The notes beneath the pieces are model-generated. The model made no database searches, was not told the DNA's origin, and saw only the letters and a program-made list of their open reading frames with translations. Position numbers and translations under genes: made by a program. 64,000 bases of DNA from Tricharina praecox (lineage: Eukaryota), in assembly GCF_024521635.1 (NCBI RefSeq), contig NW_026250423.1, positions 558,001-622,000 on the forward strand, in the 5' to 3' direction. Shown piece after piece: positions 39,901 to 52,621 of the stretch (positions within the stretch are counted from its first letter, which is position 1; every line of letters begins with the position of its first letter).

Positions 39901-41548
39901 AGGATTACGGACACATCTGTGGCTCAAACGAATTGACAATCGAATATGATAGTCGCTAGAGAAGTCTTGAGACGCAGTAATGTTTTCAGATGGGGCTGTC
40001 AGCAAAAGTGGCGGTGTCCGAACTTCGAGGGTCTCAAGTTTCAACATGTCCACTTTAGGCAAGAAGCAAAGGAATATATCCACATTATATTTCCCGCCAA
40101 GGCCGTGTCTAACTACCTACCTCCTGATCTCCAGGAGCGGTATCATACTATACATGTGGTCGTCGTCGGGACTCGGGAAGCAAGTGGGCGCGCGCGCGCG
40201 AGACCGATGGTATGTACCGGTAGATGCTTTATCGCCGACACGCAGAGACGGGTCACGGATGGCGTACCGACGACGACGATGGATTCGACCCCGATATCTA
40301 AACAATCAACTTGTTACCTACTCTATCGTACTCGACTTTGGAGTGGACTGAGCTCGCTTTCTCGGCCGAGCTCTCCGGCGATTCGCGAAACGGCGGATGC
40401 GGACGAAAAGTTGTATGTACTGTAACGTGTATGTACTATACGCCCCGGATCTCTGGGCTTGGGTTTCCCCATCTTCTTCCATGGTCGAGCGAGCAACTCA
40501 CTTCGTGATAATTACCTACCTGATACTTACCCCGCAGCAAGTAGGTATGATCATAGATACATATTCGATAACCAATTATCGATTGCGTCAGATCTGCGCT
40601 GGCCTGGCGAGCGCAACTGTACGCACGAATCGGGGGAAAGCTAAATCCACGAATGGGAGGGAGAAGGTGATGCTGCAACATTAACATTTTACGAATGGCT
40701 TGCATGTTGGTGTTGATTGACGGCTTGCATGCTGGAGGTACCAAGGTGATGGCCGTCATGGGTGGGTGGTATGTATTTGCGGATATGTACCGATGCTTTA
40801 CCGTATCATGCTAGTGGAGGTGGCGTTGTGGCTTGTGGAGGAACAGAGATTCAGAGAAGACCGTGCAGACTAGGTACTCCAGAGCGACTGTTGGGAACTT
40901 GGGATAGAGGGCTGAGGTACTCGTACATACAAACATATGCAACTAAGAGGGTGGACGGCCTGATGTTCCTCCGAGTGACGGGGCTGAGCCACGTCGGACG
41001 CGTCAGTAGAGCGGCATACCCAACATTTGGTCGCTTGGCGCTGACTTCGGTACGACGAGTGATGTACCGGTAGGTAGTACATACCTCATATCACGGAGAG
41101 TAACTATCATCAATTGAGAGTGCCTTCCGTTCGTGTGCCGCTGTGATTACTCCACGGAAGGTTTGAACACCCTGCGGATGTCACGGAGATCAATCCCAGT
41201 ACTAGTTGGGCATCGGTATATCTACATAGCCCCGCTTTATAGATAGACTACAACTCCTACTCCGGCGCCATTCGCTTTTCTGCTTCTTTCAAATACTATC
41301 TTTATCTCCCCATAGCCCCGCGAGCTAAAGATACACAGATCACTACCCGTCACTCACCATCACTCGGCTCTAGCGTTGACCGGGAGGCTGGAATAAATGA
41401 CGGTCGGGGGCTTTGACGGCGACGGGGGAGGCTAGAACCTTCTTTTACTGGACGACGGCCCCATATATCATTAGCAGTTCTCGTGGTCTCGTTTCCAGAT
41501 ACGACTGCCTCTAAGCCTTTCTTCTCTCTTATCCCATCCCATCATCTC

Positions 41549-42186
41549 ATGGAACCACCACCCGGCTCGCCCAACCCACTGTCCTCTTCGTCAGGAGTCC
41601 TTCATTCTCACAGCTCCGCACCGGCCCCGATCAATTCGCAGCCTCGTTGTAGGATTTGGTATGGACAAAACCTGCTCGGAACTGAGGATTCACTCGACCC
41701 TCGGCTTGTGAGCTACCTACCCAAACAGGGACGCAAATTGATGCTCCGCGGGAGGGTTGAATTTCGAAAGGCAAGTTACCTATACCCTTCAGCCAGTTGA
41801 TGGAGTCACGAAGTTTATCGGCAGTAGTGAAAATTTGCAGCAAAGTTCTCCGATGGATCCACAAAGCTGGCCCAAGTACGTACTTTTCGTACCAATCCAA
41901 CGGCACGTGCCACTCCACTCCACTCTGCTCCAATATGGCCTGCTTCAAGAGCCTGAGAAGACAGTACTATACCGGTGCATGGAAAGTCACTTTGCCACGA
42001 CCACGCATACGTTAATCCGGCGTACGTTCGATATGGATCTGAACATACAATCCAGTACCTACCACGAGTTTGTCGAGCTCTCATCGAAGAACGCTAATCT
42101 CCTAAATACCTACCATTTTGAGACCGCACGCAACGTCATCTCGTTTGTCCATCTTAACGACTCCAAACTTGAGGAACTGCTCTTAA
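41549..42186 (+). pseudogene. Lineage-specific ORF(s) interrupted at the 3' end by a MITE
   Basis: ORF 41757-42290 runs into the MITE. Its 3' part is duplicated in decayed form at 42660-42900. Confidence 0.4.
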
Positions 42187-42620
42187 GGCCCGTTTGGATG
42201 GCCTCAGTTTTAGCGAAAACTGTCAGTTTTTCAAGAAACCGAGCAAACAAAACTGTAACCCTGTTTGGATGGCACAAAAACTTTTTTTAAAAAAAACTGA
42301 AACTGTGCGGCTCCGGTGCCGGCGATGAAACGGGAACTGACCTCTGGAGGTCTTTTCTTCACCACCACTCAGTACCACATTTTAACTTCAACCATGGACT
42401 CCCTTTACGGGGAAGAGAAAAAACACAATTTGTCCACTATTAAAGTTCTGGTGAAGCCTATTTATTATTCAGACCTATGGCTGAGTATACTGAGAACTGC
42501 CAAACACTCTGTTCACCTCGCAGTTCTCCGGAAACTAAAACTGGGCAGTATTCGGTGTCCCGGCGGGGAACAATTTGGCTCTGAAACTGAAACTGAAAAC
42601 TGAGGCCATCCAAACGGGCC
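42187..42620. mobile_element. PIF/Harbinger (Tourist-like) MITE, 434 bp
   Basis: Perfect 25-bp TIR GGCCCGTTTGGATGGCCTCAGTTTT. Flanks are TAA on the left and AA on the right. Internal AAACTG repeats; no transposase. Confidence 0.88.
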
Positions 42621-43213
42621 AAGCATTATTAGTCCTGGCCCGAAGGATCAATTGATCTAAGCTGACCCGAGTGCATTATGTACTCTTCCAGTACCAATCC
42701 GACAGCACGTGCCACGAACCCTCCACTCTACTCCAACATGGCCTGCTTCAATTTTCTAGAGCCTGAAAAGACATTACTACCTGGAGTCACTCTGCCACGA
42801 CTGCGCATAACTACCTAACCCGGCGTACGTTTGATGTGGACCTGAACCTACATACCTAAGGTAGGTACCACGAGTTTGTCGAGCTCTTACTGAAGAACGC
42901 CAAAGCCTCCCCATGTCCAACCCTTATACTCCGCCGAGCTCTGTGGCTGCGCCACATCATGAACTGTGATTCGGAAACTCATAGATTCCGGTGGGGATGT
43001 ACATACTATTATCGTAGTGTGGCTTAACATGGCTTGAGCCTTGAAGTTTACTGCGACGGAACTAATATATACAGAGACAATGATGATCAGATTAATAGAA
43101 AGATTAGATGGATATTACACACCTACATAGGGTGTGCTCAGCACGGATGTGCCAAGTACTCTACTCGGATGCCAGGACGCTAGTTGGAGATTGTTCTTTT
43201 TTTCGGGGCTGAC

Positions 43214-43317
43214 AAGCTTCGGTGAAAAGTAAAGAGCTGCAGGGCTGAAAAGCTTCAGCCGGTGAGAAGAACTGCAGGGCTGAAAAGCTTCGGTCGGTGA
43301 GAAGAGCTGCAGGCTGA
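43214..43317. repeat. 33-bp tandem repeat (GCTGCAGGGCTGAAAAGCTTC...GGTGAGAAGA), about 3 copies
   Basis: Directly visible. Confidence 0.8.
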
Positions 43318-46300
43318 TTGGTAAGTATTCACCCTTTAATCATGTTTTCGACACCGACGGAACATGTTGGCCATTTTTGCTACAATAAAGGTCTACCAGC
43401 GAGCTTCTCAGCGGTGAGCCGCGTTACGATAGGTAGTACTAGAGTATATACTGGCTTTTACCACGAGGTGTTGCTTTCATGTCATATTTTCCTGAAGGAA
43501 CCGTAAGTACCAGAAGCCGCATCCACAATTGTAGTTAATGGTCTACTCTACTATCTATTCGATGATGGATTCAAGCCCTTGCTTGTCTTAACTGGACTAA
43601 ACCCGGCTGAGAACGAGAGGCGCTCCCTCACAGACTGAAGCTTCAAACTGTGCGTATAAATTTCCCTGGCCGGCGAAGAATCACGAACGATCAGGCTTGC
43701 CAAGAGACACTGGCCGTACTACTTCTTAGCGTCCCGGCATCCTAACTACCAGGCACATGTGACCCTGGGTCTCCGGTGCGAATAGCAGGTGTGTAGTAGA
43801 GTACGTAATAGTAGGTACAGAATCCAGATCGCGTCTGCCTACTACTAATTAACAAACACCATCATCAAAGTTTTAACCAATAGGTAGCTAATAGCTAAGC
43901 GTATAATATGCATCTTCCTTTACTCCTCACAGACGCCCAAAGTGATGGCACGTGCCGTTCATATGTATGCGGGGACTCCCGAGTCCCTGGCCCAACTCGG
44001 AGTCGTCCTTTCCTCCGCAGGCCGCTAAAAACAACTCGCAAATGATCTTTCTACACTATTGCCGCTGCCGCTGTTGATGGCAAGGAGGTTCGCGATTTCC
44101 TAGGGCAGTTGCTGGAGGCTGGAGGTCAACGAGTAGGAAATACGCTGGTTCCGGTAGTAGTGACTAGTCTGACTTGAGAAATCGTCTGAAGCTTGATAAG
44201 AGGAAGTCGAAGAGTGCGGGGAAGAAGCATGAGAATTACCTAGCAGGAGAAGGGAGGGTAGGAGGAGGAAGGGGAGGAGGAGGAGGAGGAGGAGAAAGAC
44301 GGTGCTACCGGAGGATATTGCGGATGATGTTGCTTCTACATATGGAGGAGGAGTATGATGATGGAGGCGATTGAAGCGACCACCACCGGGGTACATCTAC
44401 TGAACGATGGCGGTAGATCCATCGCTACATAGTGAGATATTATTAGCTATGTTCCGATCTCCTCATCATCGTGCTGTTACTCCTCACACTATGTACTCTA
44501 CAGGAAGCCATGACCGCAGACTGCCAGACACACCTCGTGTTCCGTAGTTCCGTGTCCCCCGACTAAGATACCTACATAAGGACATACGTTCGCCATCATA
44601 CGACGAGCGGGGAAGTGAATGCGACTTCGACTTCGATCTCAGCTCGCACAGCATTGCATATGGACTGTAAGTTGGGCCCGTAGTGATACGGTGATACGGT
44701 GATACCTGATGCGCTGGGTACCCGATACCTCGGCCTTTGTTGCCTCGAATCGCCTTGATCGCCATGTCATACAGCCTACAGCCTACAGGCGCCCAACTCA
44801 CGCGTCAGCGCTCGGCCGATGGAGGCGAGTAAGCCGGGCGACGGACGACGGACGTCCAACTTTCGAGTTCTTCATCGTTTCTTCTTGATGATTCAAGCGA
44901 CTCTCGGTACTCTATGCTGGAAAAGGACAGGTAGGAAGAGGCCGGTCCGAAGGGAAGGGAAAGAATTCGGTGTCTCCTGATGGCAGGCCCGGGGAGGCAA
45001 CAAGTATAGTGGAGATGGCCGATGGCGAATGGGAGGTACTTAGAGTGGCCAGGTCTCGAGCTAAACGGGACTTTAGGATTACTATAGTTACAGCTGCAGT
45101 TCTAATAGGTGACAGAAACTTTCTATGGATGATCTAGATAAATGGATAGTAAGGTAGGTATTGAATAGTGAGTGTCCTACTAGGGTGCTTTGACGGGGGT
45201 TAATATTATTTTGACAGTTGTCTACCTATTATCGCGATTCATGACTGCTCGGGCATGCGATTGGTGGTGGGATTATAGTACAATACACTGGAGCTCGAGA
45301 AGGGAGAATAGATGGGGAAGTGGGTAAGTAAATGTAACTACTGCATAACCCCCACCACGCCTCTAGATCTCTCTTCTCTTCCTAGGGAATCTTCACCTTT
45401 ATACCCCCTCACCCTATAGTACCGCTTGGCTGCTGCCTACCGGAGTAGTTAATCACAACCTCTCACCTACTGGTACTCCCACGCATGCGTCTCGGCAACA
45501 TCAGTACGGATCGGTGAAGATCGGTGAACGTTACACACCGACCGAATGGATTACGTTTTCCGGTCCTTTCAATTCCGCTCGGCCAGCCGGTGTATCCACT
45601 ACATACCGTACCGGTACCGCTTTTTCCACCTCTAAACCGCCCACCCTCCACCGGCGATCGGCGGTATCCCGGGTGGGCCCGTGGGGGCTCGAGTTATTCC
45701 GAGTAACAGCTAGCCTTACCGACGACCGTACTATACACAACTATACACAACTAAACACACCGCGTGCTGTTCAATTATACATTCTTATGTATGCAGTGAT
45801 CCCGCCTGTCGACTGCTGCCTGTTATATGTACGATTGCTGCCTGCTGCCTGCTGCCTGCGTGGGTGGGGGTGTAGTAACTATAGTAACTAGCCCTATCGG
45901 CTGCAAGGAAGTGCAACGTCAACGCCAAAGTCAAGGCGTTGAACGGTGAACATTCCCTCGTGTTCACCATGCCCAGTGCACACAGGCATAGGTGTTTGTA
46001 CTCTACCATAATTGCATCTGCCTCTGCCTGAGCCTGGGCCTGAGACGACTACCTCACCATGGAGGACGATATCCGGTTCACGATACCCACTTCTGTGGGT
46101 TCGACTAACGTCAGAGTTGTCTGATTATGCCGTGGTGGTGGTGATATCGTGGTATTTGTTTTGAGGTATCAAAATTATCGGCTGCTACATAACTAATCAA
46201 GTAACCCAGCAGGTAAGTAGGTATGTAGACCAACATCATCACCGGGCCAGCAGCCAGCTGGGTTACCTGGCCTAGTTACCAAACGCTCGTCTGCCTCTAT

Positions 46301-46747
46301 ACCATGTAGCATATCGGCTTACCCGTTATAGTATCCGCTGGTGTTGGCCGTCTATCAAATGTACTACTCAGCCCGCAGGGCTGAGTAAGAGTATCGTGGG
46401 TGGTGAGTGGTGCGTGGGGGAAAACCACACCAGCGGGAAATGAAAGGAATCACGATGCGTACCGAACAGCTCACCATTGGGGGTTGATACCTACACCGGT
46501 ACCGCTTGGCAGAGCCGGCGGCGAGTGGCGGCGGTGGTGGTGGCTGGGAGACACGGGAGGGGAGGCGGGAGGGAGGGGGAGGGAATGGATATATGGATCC
46601 CATTGAGTCCCCGGATTGACGATTTTTTGATCACCAGCAGACAATTGGCACCCTAATCAGACCTTTAAATTCTAATCATCCATCCTCGCCCTTCCTCCAC
46701 TTCAATCCCCCCTCCCCCCCACACACAAACCCAACAAGATAACAAGA

Positions 46748-47547
46748 ATGCACCTCCGCCCCGCGCACCGCCGCGACATCCCCGCGATCTCGTTGCTATG
46801 CACGCAAGCCTTCGCGACAGAGCCACTCTTCACAGCACGCCACCCCTACCGACAACAGCACGCCGACGACTTCCGCCGGGCCTTCTCGCGCTCGCTGCAC
46901 ACGCACCTGCTGTCGCGCAACACGCTGATCCTCGTCGTCGAGGCCGTCGGCCAGGTCGTCGGTGTGGCCGTGTGGATTGCTGATGGCACCACCGGGCCGT
47001 GGTTGGAGATGAATACCGGGTGCGGGATCTTGACTGGTTTGTATCCCCTCCCCATACTGTGGGGATATGGCTGACTGAGGGTGTAGATCTCGAGCGCTAC
47101 TTCCTTCACCTCACGACGCCACTGCAGCCAACAGACCGCAGCATGTCACCCGCAGTATCCTCCGAGCTGACCCGCGCGTTCACCGCGCTGTCGACGCTGG
47201 TGCCAGCGCGACGCCTGCACCTTGCGCTGCTGGGGGTGCACCCGGAGTGGCAGCGGCGCGGGGTGGGAAGGCTGATGGTCGAGGAGGGCATGCGGATTGC
47301 GGCCGAGGAGGGCGTCCCCGTAATGCTCGAGGCCACTGGGAGTCCTGACAGGTCCGGGTTGTATAGGAAACTCGGCTGGAGGGATGTGGGTGAGCTCGTC
47401 CTGGAGCAGGCGAAGCATAGGGGCCCTGTGATGCGGTGGGATCCGCCGATAGTGGAGGGGATGGAGAGGAAAGAGAGGGAGAAGGGGGAGAAGGGGGAGA
47501 AAAGGGAGAAGGAGGTGTGGGATCTGTTTGGTGCCGTTGTCGTGTAA
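46748..47547 (+). CDS. GNAT-family N-acetyltransferase
   Basis: MHLRPA start; motif A 'LALLGVHPEWQRRGVGRLMV'; motif B 'LEAT...LYRKLGW'. Intron 47037-47086. Confidence 0.9.
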
Positions 47548-47790
47548 TGGCTGGATTGAGGGTTGGGTGTTGGAGATGGGGTATGGCGTATATGTGCTGG
47601 TTATTTGGTCCTGGGCGGAACTTGGAAGGAAACTGGGAAGGAGAAGGAGAAGGAACAGGAGGAACAGGTTTGGGATCTATTTGGTGCGGTTGTTGTGTAA
47701 TAGCTGAATTTCGGGTTGAGATTTGGAGCTGGGGTATGGCGTATATATGCTGGTTATTTGGTCCTGTGGGGAACTTGGGAAGGAGGACGA
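47505..47790. repeat. Tandem duplication of about 153 bp covering the GNAT stop codon and 3' UTR
   Basis: GGGATCT(G/A)TTTGGTGC...GGGGTATGGCGTATAT..GCTGGTTATTTGGTCCTG occurs twice. Confidence 0.85.
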
Positions 47791-48521
47791 GGAGGACGAG
47801 GAGGAACAGGCGTTATTCTGATTCATTATATTTGACTTGAGCTCTACACGAGAATTTCTGTTTTTCTTTTTCTTTTGCTGCATTTCCCATTAGCAAATAC
47901 ATAGTGCTGGGTGTTAAATACCTACTACATACATTCATTTCCTTACCTACGGCATTGTGGATGCGACCCTATGGACCATAGTAGCAGCAATCCCCATGAT
48001 CCCATCAATCTCCATCAATCTCCATCACTCGCACGCACAAGGATTCACGGGGACCGCCTCCACCAAAAACGAAGTATATCAACCTCGTGGGAAACTCACA
48101 TGCCCCTACAATGTATTCGACCTCTGTACATATCCTACCTCCTTTGTAGATCACGGCATATAGTACGCATCTAGTCCACTCTAGACCTAGAGTTCGGCAC
48201 AGTGCAACCAGCTGCCCTCTAAGTTCTCTCTCTCCACACTTGGGTACATAGTTAATCACTCGCCAACTTACCGTAGATAGTGAAGAGGATAAAATGTACG
48301 CCGCCGCAGTCCCCCCCTTCATCTCTTCAAGATCAAATACTACATACATTGTGATGGTGCTGCTGCTGCTAGAGACGTGCGAACAGCACTCTCGGCTTCT
48401 CCATGTTATTTTTTATTTTTTGCTATGATATGACATGACATGACGCCGTAAGGCCTAGTTAAGCCCTATGTGGTAGCGGCGAGAACCCGACGAGGCTACT
48501 AGTGTCCCTCCAACAGCTATG

Positions 48522-48528
48522 TATAAAA
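48522..48528 (+). promoter_or_regulatory. TATA box upstream of the U2 snRNA gene
   Basis: TATAAAA about 40 nt upstream of the predicted U2 5' end, followed by a pyrimidine tract. Confidence 0.7.
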
Positions 48529-48567
48529 GGCTCTTCTCCCTCCTTCCCCTCCGCTTCTTTTCTCTTC

Positions 48568-48858
48568 AGCTCTCTTTGGTATGTCATCCCCACCCCAAGT
48601 CCAACATCCAACATTCAACATTCAACACCATCGAATATCCACAGTCCACTAACAATCCCCCCTCTACATACACACAGCCTTTTGGCTTAGATCAAGTGTA
48701 GTATCTGTTCTTTTCAGTTTTAATATCTGAGAACCGATCACATAGTATCGGTGTTAATATTAATCTTGTTTTTGGATCCTGGGAGCTGCTGGCCACTGTG
48801 CTTACGCATGCTGGCTCCTAACTGTGTCACTGGTATTACACTGCATCCAGGTGATGCG
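48568..48858 (+). ncRNA. U2: U2 spliceosomal snRNA, split by a 99-nt spliceosomal intron (48579-48677)
   Basis: Spliced 5' end AGCTCTCTTTG|CCTTTTGGCTTAGATCAAGTGTAGTATCTGTTCTTTTCAGTTTAATATCTGA matches the fungal U2 consensus. Branch-recognition GTAGTA at 48698-48703; stem IIb ACCGAT/ATCGGT; Sm region ATTAATCTTGTTTTTGG; stems III and IV follow. Mature length about 190 nt; exact ends approximate. Confidence 0.95.
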
Positions 48859-49193
48859 AATATTCATCCAGTCTGCGTCTGCGCTTCATTGTCGCTCTGG
48901 ATGTATGCGAGAGCACGAGGAAAGATTGCGGCCGTTGGCGGTGAATGGCACGTGCGCATGTCATGTTCCGACTCTTGCCCTTTGGCACATAGTTTATCAC
49001 TCGTCCCGGACTGTTTATCTAGCGTCTTCTGGCTGTCTTCCCCCCCGATCGGCGAGGAGCCGGTTTGTATCTGCCTTAGGTAATCCAAGAATGTCGAACT
49101 GCAATGATGATTAACCAAGCAAGTGTATTAATCCCCCATAACCTCCCATAATCCCTCATGGCCCCCATAATCCCCCATAACCCCCCCATAACT

Positions 49194-49230
<37 letters not shown>

Positions 49231-50143
49231 AGCCCTCTGTACATTTACATAAATCTCCTCTCCTCGCCTCCTGCATACATCTACCTACACAATATACGCC
49301 TATAACCCATAACCCACATCTCATAACCCATGACTCATGCCACACAAATATCAAACAACATATGCAAAGAAAGAAACACGAGAAAACCCCAATGCAAAGA
49401 AATATCATACGAGAAAGCCCAATGCAAACTTCAAAGTGGTAAAGGAAATTATAAAAAACACAACCATAAACATGAACATGAACATAAACATGAACCTTCA
49501 CCCGGTCCCATCACCCAGTTCTCAAAAATCAAAACCAGTCCTAGAAACCAACCCAAGAACCAACCCAAAAACGACCAAAAACGAGCCAAAACCCAACCCA
49601 AAAACCCAAAAACGACCCCCCACCATAGTAGAAAGCTGAAACACCCTTATTAAAACCCATACATGGACTTTTACACAAGAAGCAGTCTCCGTGCGTGCTC
49701 TCGTAACCGGGACGAAGGAGAAAAAGGAAACACAAAAGGAAACGGGAAGTGGAAGGGGAAGGAAGACAAAGCGTGGTAGCATCCAACATAGGTACATACA
49801 GGTCGTATTGATATACAAAATGAAAATGGAAAAAATGGAAATGGAAAAATCAAAACCGTCCTGTCCCGTCCCAGAAGAAAAGAAAAGAAGAAAAGAAAAG
49901 AAAACCCGCCAGTCCAAACAAGACAGATGACAGGGAGAAATAAAAGAAACCCCAAAAAGCCGACTACATCCTTGGTATCGTGACACGCTCCGCCGGAAAT
50001 CGAAAGGAAGAAAGGAAGAAAGGAAGAAAGGAAGAAAGGAAGGAAGGAAGGAAGCGAATGCAATATTGTGACGGGTATATGCAGGGGTACGTTATGTTGT
50101 TCCGGAGTCCAGAAATCATGGGAGGCCTCCTGTGTACTTCCTA

Positions 50144-52621
50144 TCAGCATTGAACATCCGCGAAACCTTCCTCTGGTACAGTGCATAACATACATGTGAG
50201 GTAGCTGTAGTTCATCCACTGCTCGGTATCCAACCCATCGTTGCCACCAAAAGTGTTCGCATCCGGCTGCTGCATCTGGGAGGGAGTTGGTTGTTGTTGT
50301 TGTTGCTGTGGTTGCTGTTGCTGCTGCTGCTGAGGAACCGGTTGCATCGGCCACTGCTGCTCAAACGGTTTCTGGTTGCTGTCGTTGTTGTTGGGGCGCA
50401 TGTATAGTGGGGTGTATCCTCCTAGGGGCGGAGGGTTCAGACTGCCGTACGACGAGCTGCGCGTCGTCAGGGACTTGTCGTTCGTGAGGGCGGGAGTGCC
50501 GCCGGCTGTAGCAGGTGCGCTGATTTGCGCTCCCGAAGTGACCATATCCGTGTACGAAGGGAATCCATAACTGGGTGTGTTGGAGACTGTGATGTGTTAG
50601 CAGTGTATAAAGGGAGGAGGTGGTGGTGGTTGTCGAGGACTCACCAGCACCGCTGGAACGCCGTCTCTCTCGTTTGTCCAGTTCCTTCTCGGCCGATGCG
50701 GCTATGCTGTCGAGTACCCGTCGTAGGTGCTCTTTACATGATGCTCGTGTGGGCGAGGATGAGGCGCTGAAATTGAGGTTCTCAACGTGCGGGACTAGAA
50801 CATTATTGACGAATTCCATGAACTGATCACTAGTGTCAACCCTGGGGCCGCAGTAGCCTGGGATGCGGGCCGCCGGGAGTAGGCCTGCGGCGCTAGGATA
50901 TCCTGACGGAATGCTGTCGGCGAAGGTGATGCTGGGAGGAGCGCTGGGAGGAGCGCTGGGTCCGGCTCCGGCTCCGGCTCTGACTCCGAGTTCGGCTCCG
51001 AGTCCGGCTCCGTAGATGCTGGTGCGCGGGAGAAGAGAGGTGGGAGAGACCGGAACACTGTTGGTCTCTTGCCTGACTGCGAGGCCTTGATAGGTGCGGC
51101 CTGGGGGTTTTATGGTTAGCAAGCGATGCCACACAGAATCCTTGACTACAGGCTACTAACCATCACTTCCCCGTGGCTCATCGAGCTCCTCGACGCTCTT
51201 CGCCTGACAAATCTTGACGATTCGCTCGTACGAGATGGCGCGCTCGCTCAGCATTTTCAGCTGCTTGGCAGCGAGACCATCGTTGGTCTGGTCTTTATAC
51301 TGCTTTGGGTCCTCATTCGGGTGTTTGTTCTCCCTGTGTCGTTTAATCTGGTGTTTATCCCCCTTGCGCATTTCGCAGGAATCGCACATGTATGGCCATA
51401 GATGCTTTCGACGCAAGTGTTCCCTTTTCGAAGTGATCAGCCATCGCTATCTTAGTACATAGCATCGGGGAGGGGGAGGGGGGGAGGGGGGGTTGTGGAA
51501 CCCACTTGAGACGATTGGATTCAAAGAGATTGGTGTCCCTGGTGCCATCGCAGCCGGGCCACGGGCACGGGTTTTTGCTGTCACCAGTACTGGCGGTCGA
51601 TCCGTTGCGACCTGGAGGGGACGCTGGTCCCTTACCCTTCGCGGACACGGGTGATGCCGTCTCGGGCGACGCCGGCAGGGAAGCAACCTGTCCATTGGTT
51701 GGGGAGCCTCTGCTGATAACGGCAGCAGACAGATCATTGACGGTGGAAACTGTTCTCTTGTAGCGATCCTCGTGGATCCCGCGTAGCGTGGCCGAGCGAT
51801 CGAGTTGATTCAAGTCGTGGATGGGGCCTTCTACGTAGGCGTGGTGTGGGGGAGGCGTTATGGATGGACTTCCTAGAATATGGGCTCTGGATGTTGTCGT
51901 GGCGTGTTCGTTCCAGTCATTGGGTGGATATGCCTCTACGTTGGTGTTTATATAGGGCACGGTGATATTGTGGGTTGCAAAGGCGGACACGGGATGCGAT
52001 GCGATCGGCGCGCTGTCCAACAGCATGGGAGTTGAAAACATAGAATCACCGAGTTGCTGTTGTTGCTGCACATTGTATTGCTGGATAGTATTGTTCGTCT
52101 CGTAGTAGTCGATAGGATCGGTAGGATAGCTACTCTGGCCGGCATGTATCTGGGAATCCAATACCGACAATTGGGCGTTCGACGGATCTTGTTGTTGTTG
52201 TAGTTGCGAGCTTGTTGGGTAGGGCGGATGGTAGTCGGTGCACGAAGGTCTACATACCTCAGGATTTAGCATTGCCGGAACGAACAGCATCCGATCGTAG
52301 GCCGTGGAGGGGGAGGGGACAATACAGTACATACCTCTGTTCGTGAGCATTAACCCTAGGTTCAAAGCTCCTCGGACTGGTCGACGACGCCCTGCCCAGC
52401 ACCTTCTCCACCGTCTTCGAGACCATCATCTTGGCTCTCTTTCCCGGCCCTGGCCCTGAAGAATGGCCGGACGAATGCGCCCTCGACCCGATGTTCGAAC
52501 TCATCCTCCGTTTGAGATTCGTAAAATCGTCGTGCAGCGCCTTCCGCGCTCCTCGTATGTTGTTCCGTACATCTCGTAGGCTCGATCTCGTGTCCGAGCG
52601 CCGTGGTGGGGTGGCAGACAT
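50144..52621 (-). CDS. C2H2 zinc-finger protein (two fingers) with Q-rich regions, putative transcription factor
   Basis: Five-exon model read by eye joins CPWPGC...NRLK|EHLRRKH and PYMCDSC...IKRHRENKH. The last exon is the Q-rich ORF ending at 50144. Start could be 52714. Confidence 0.72.
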
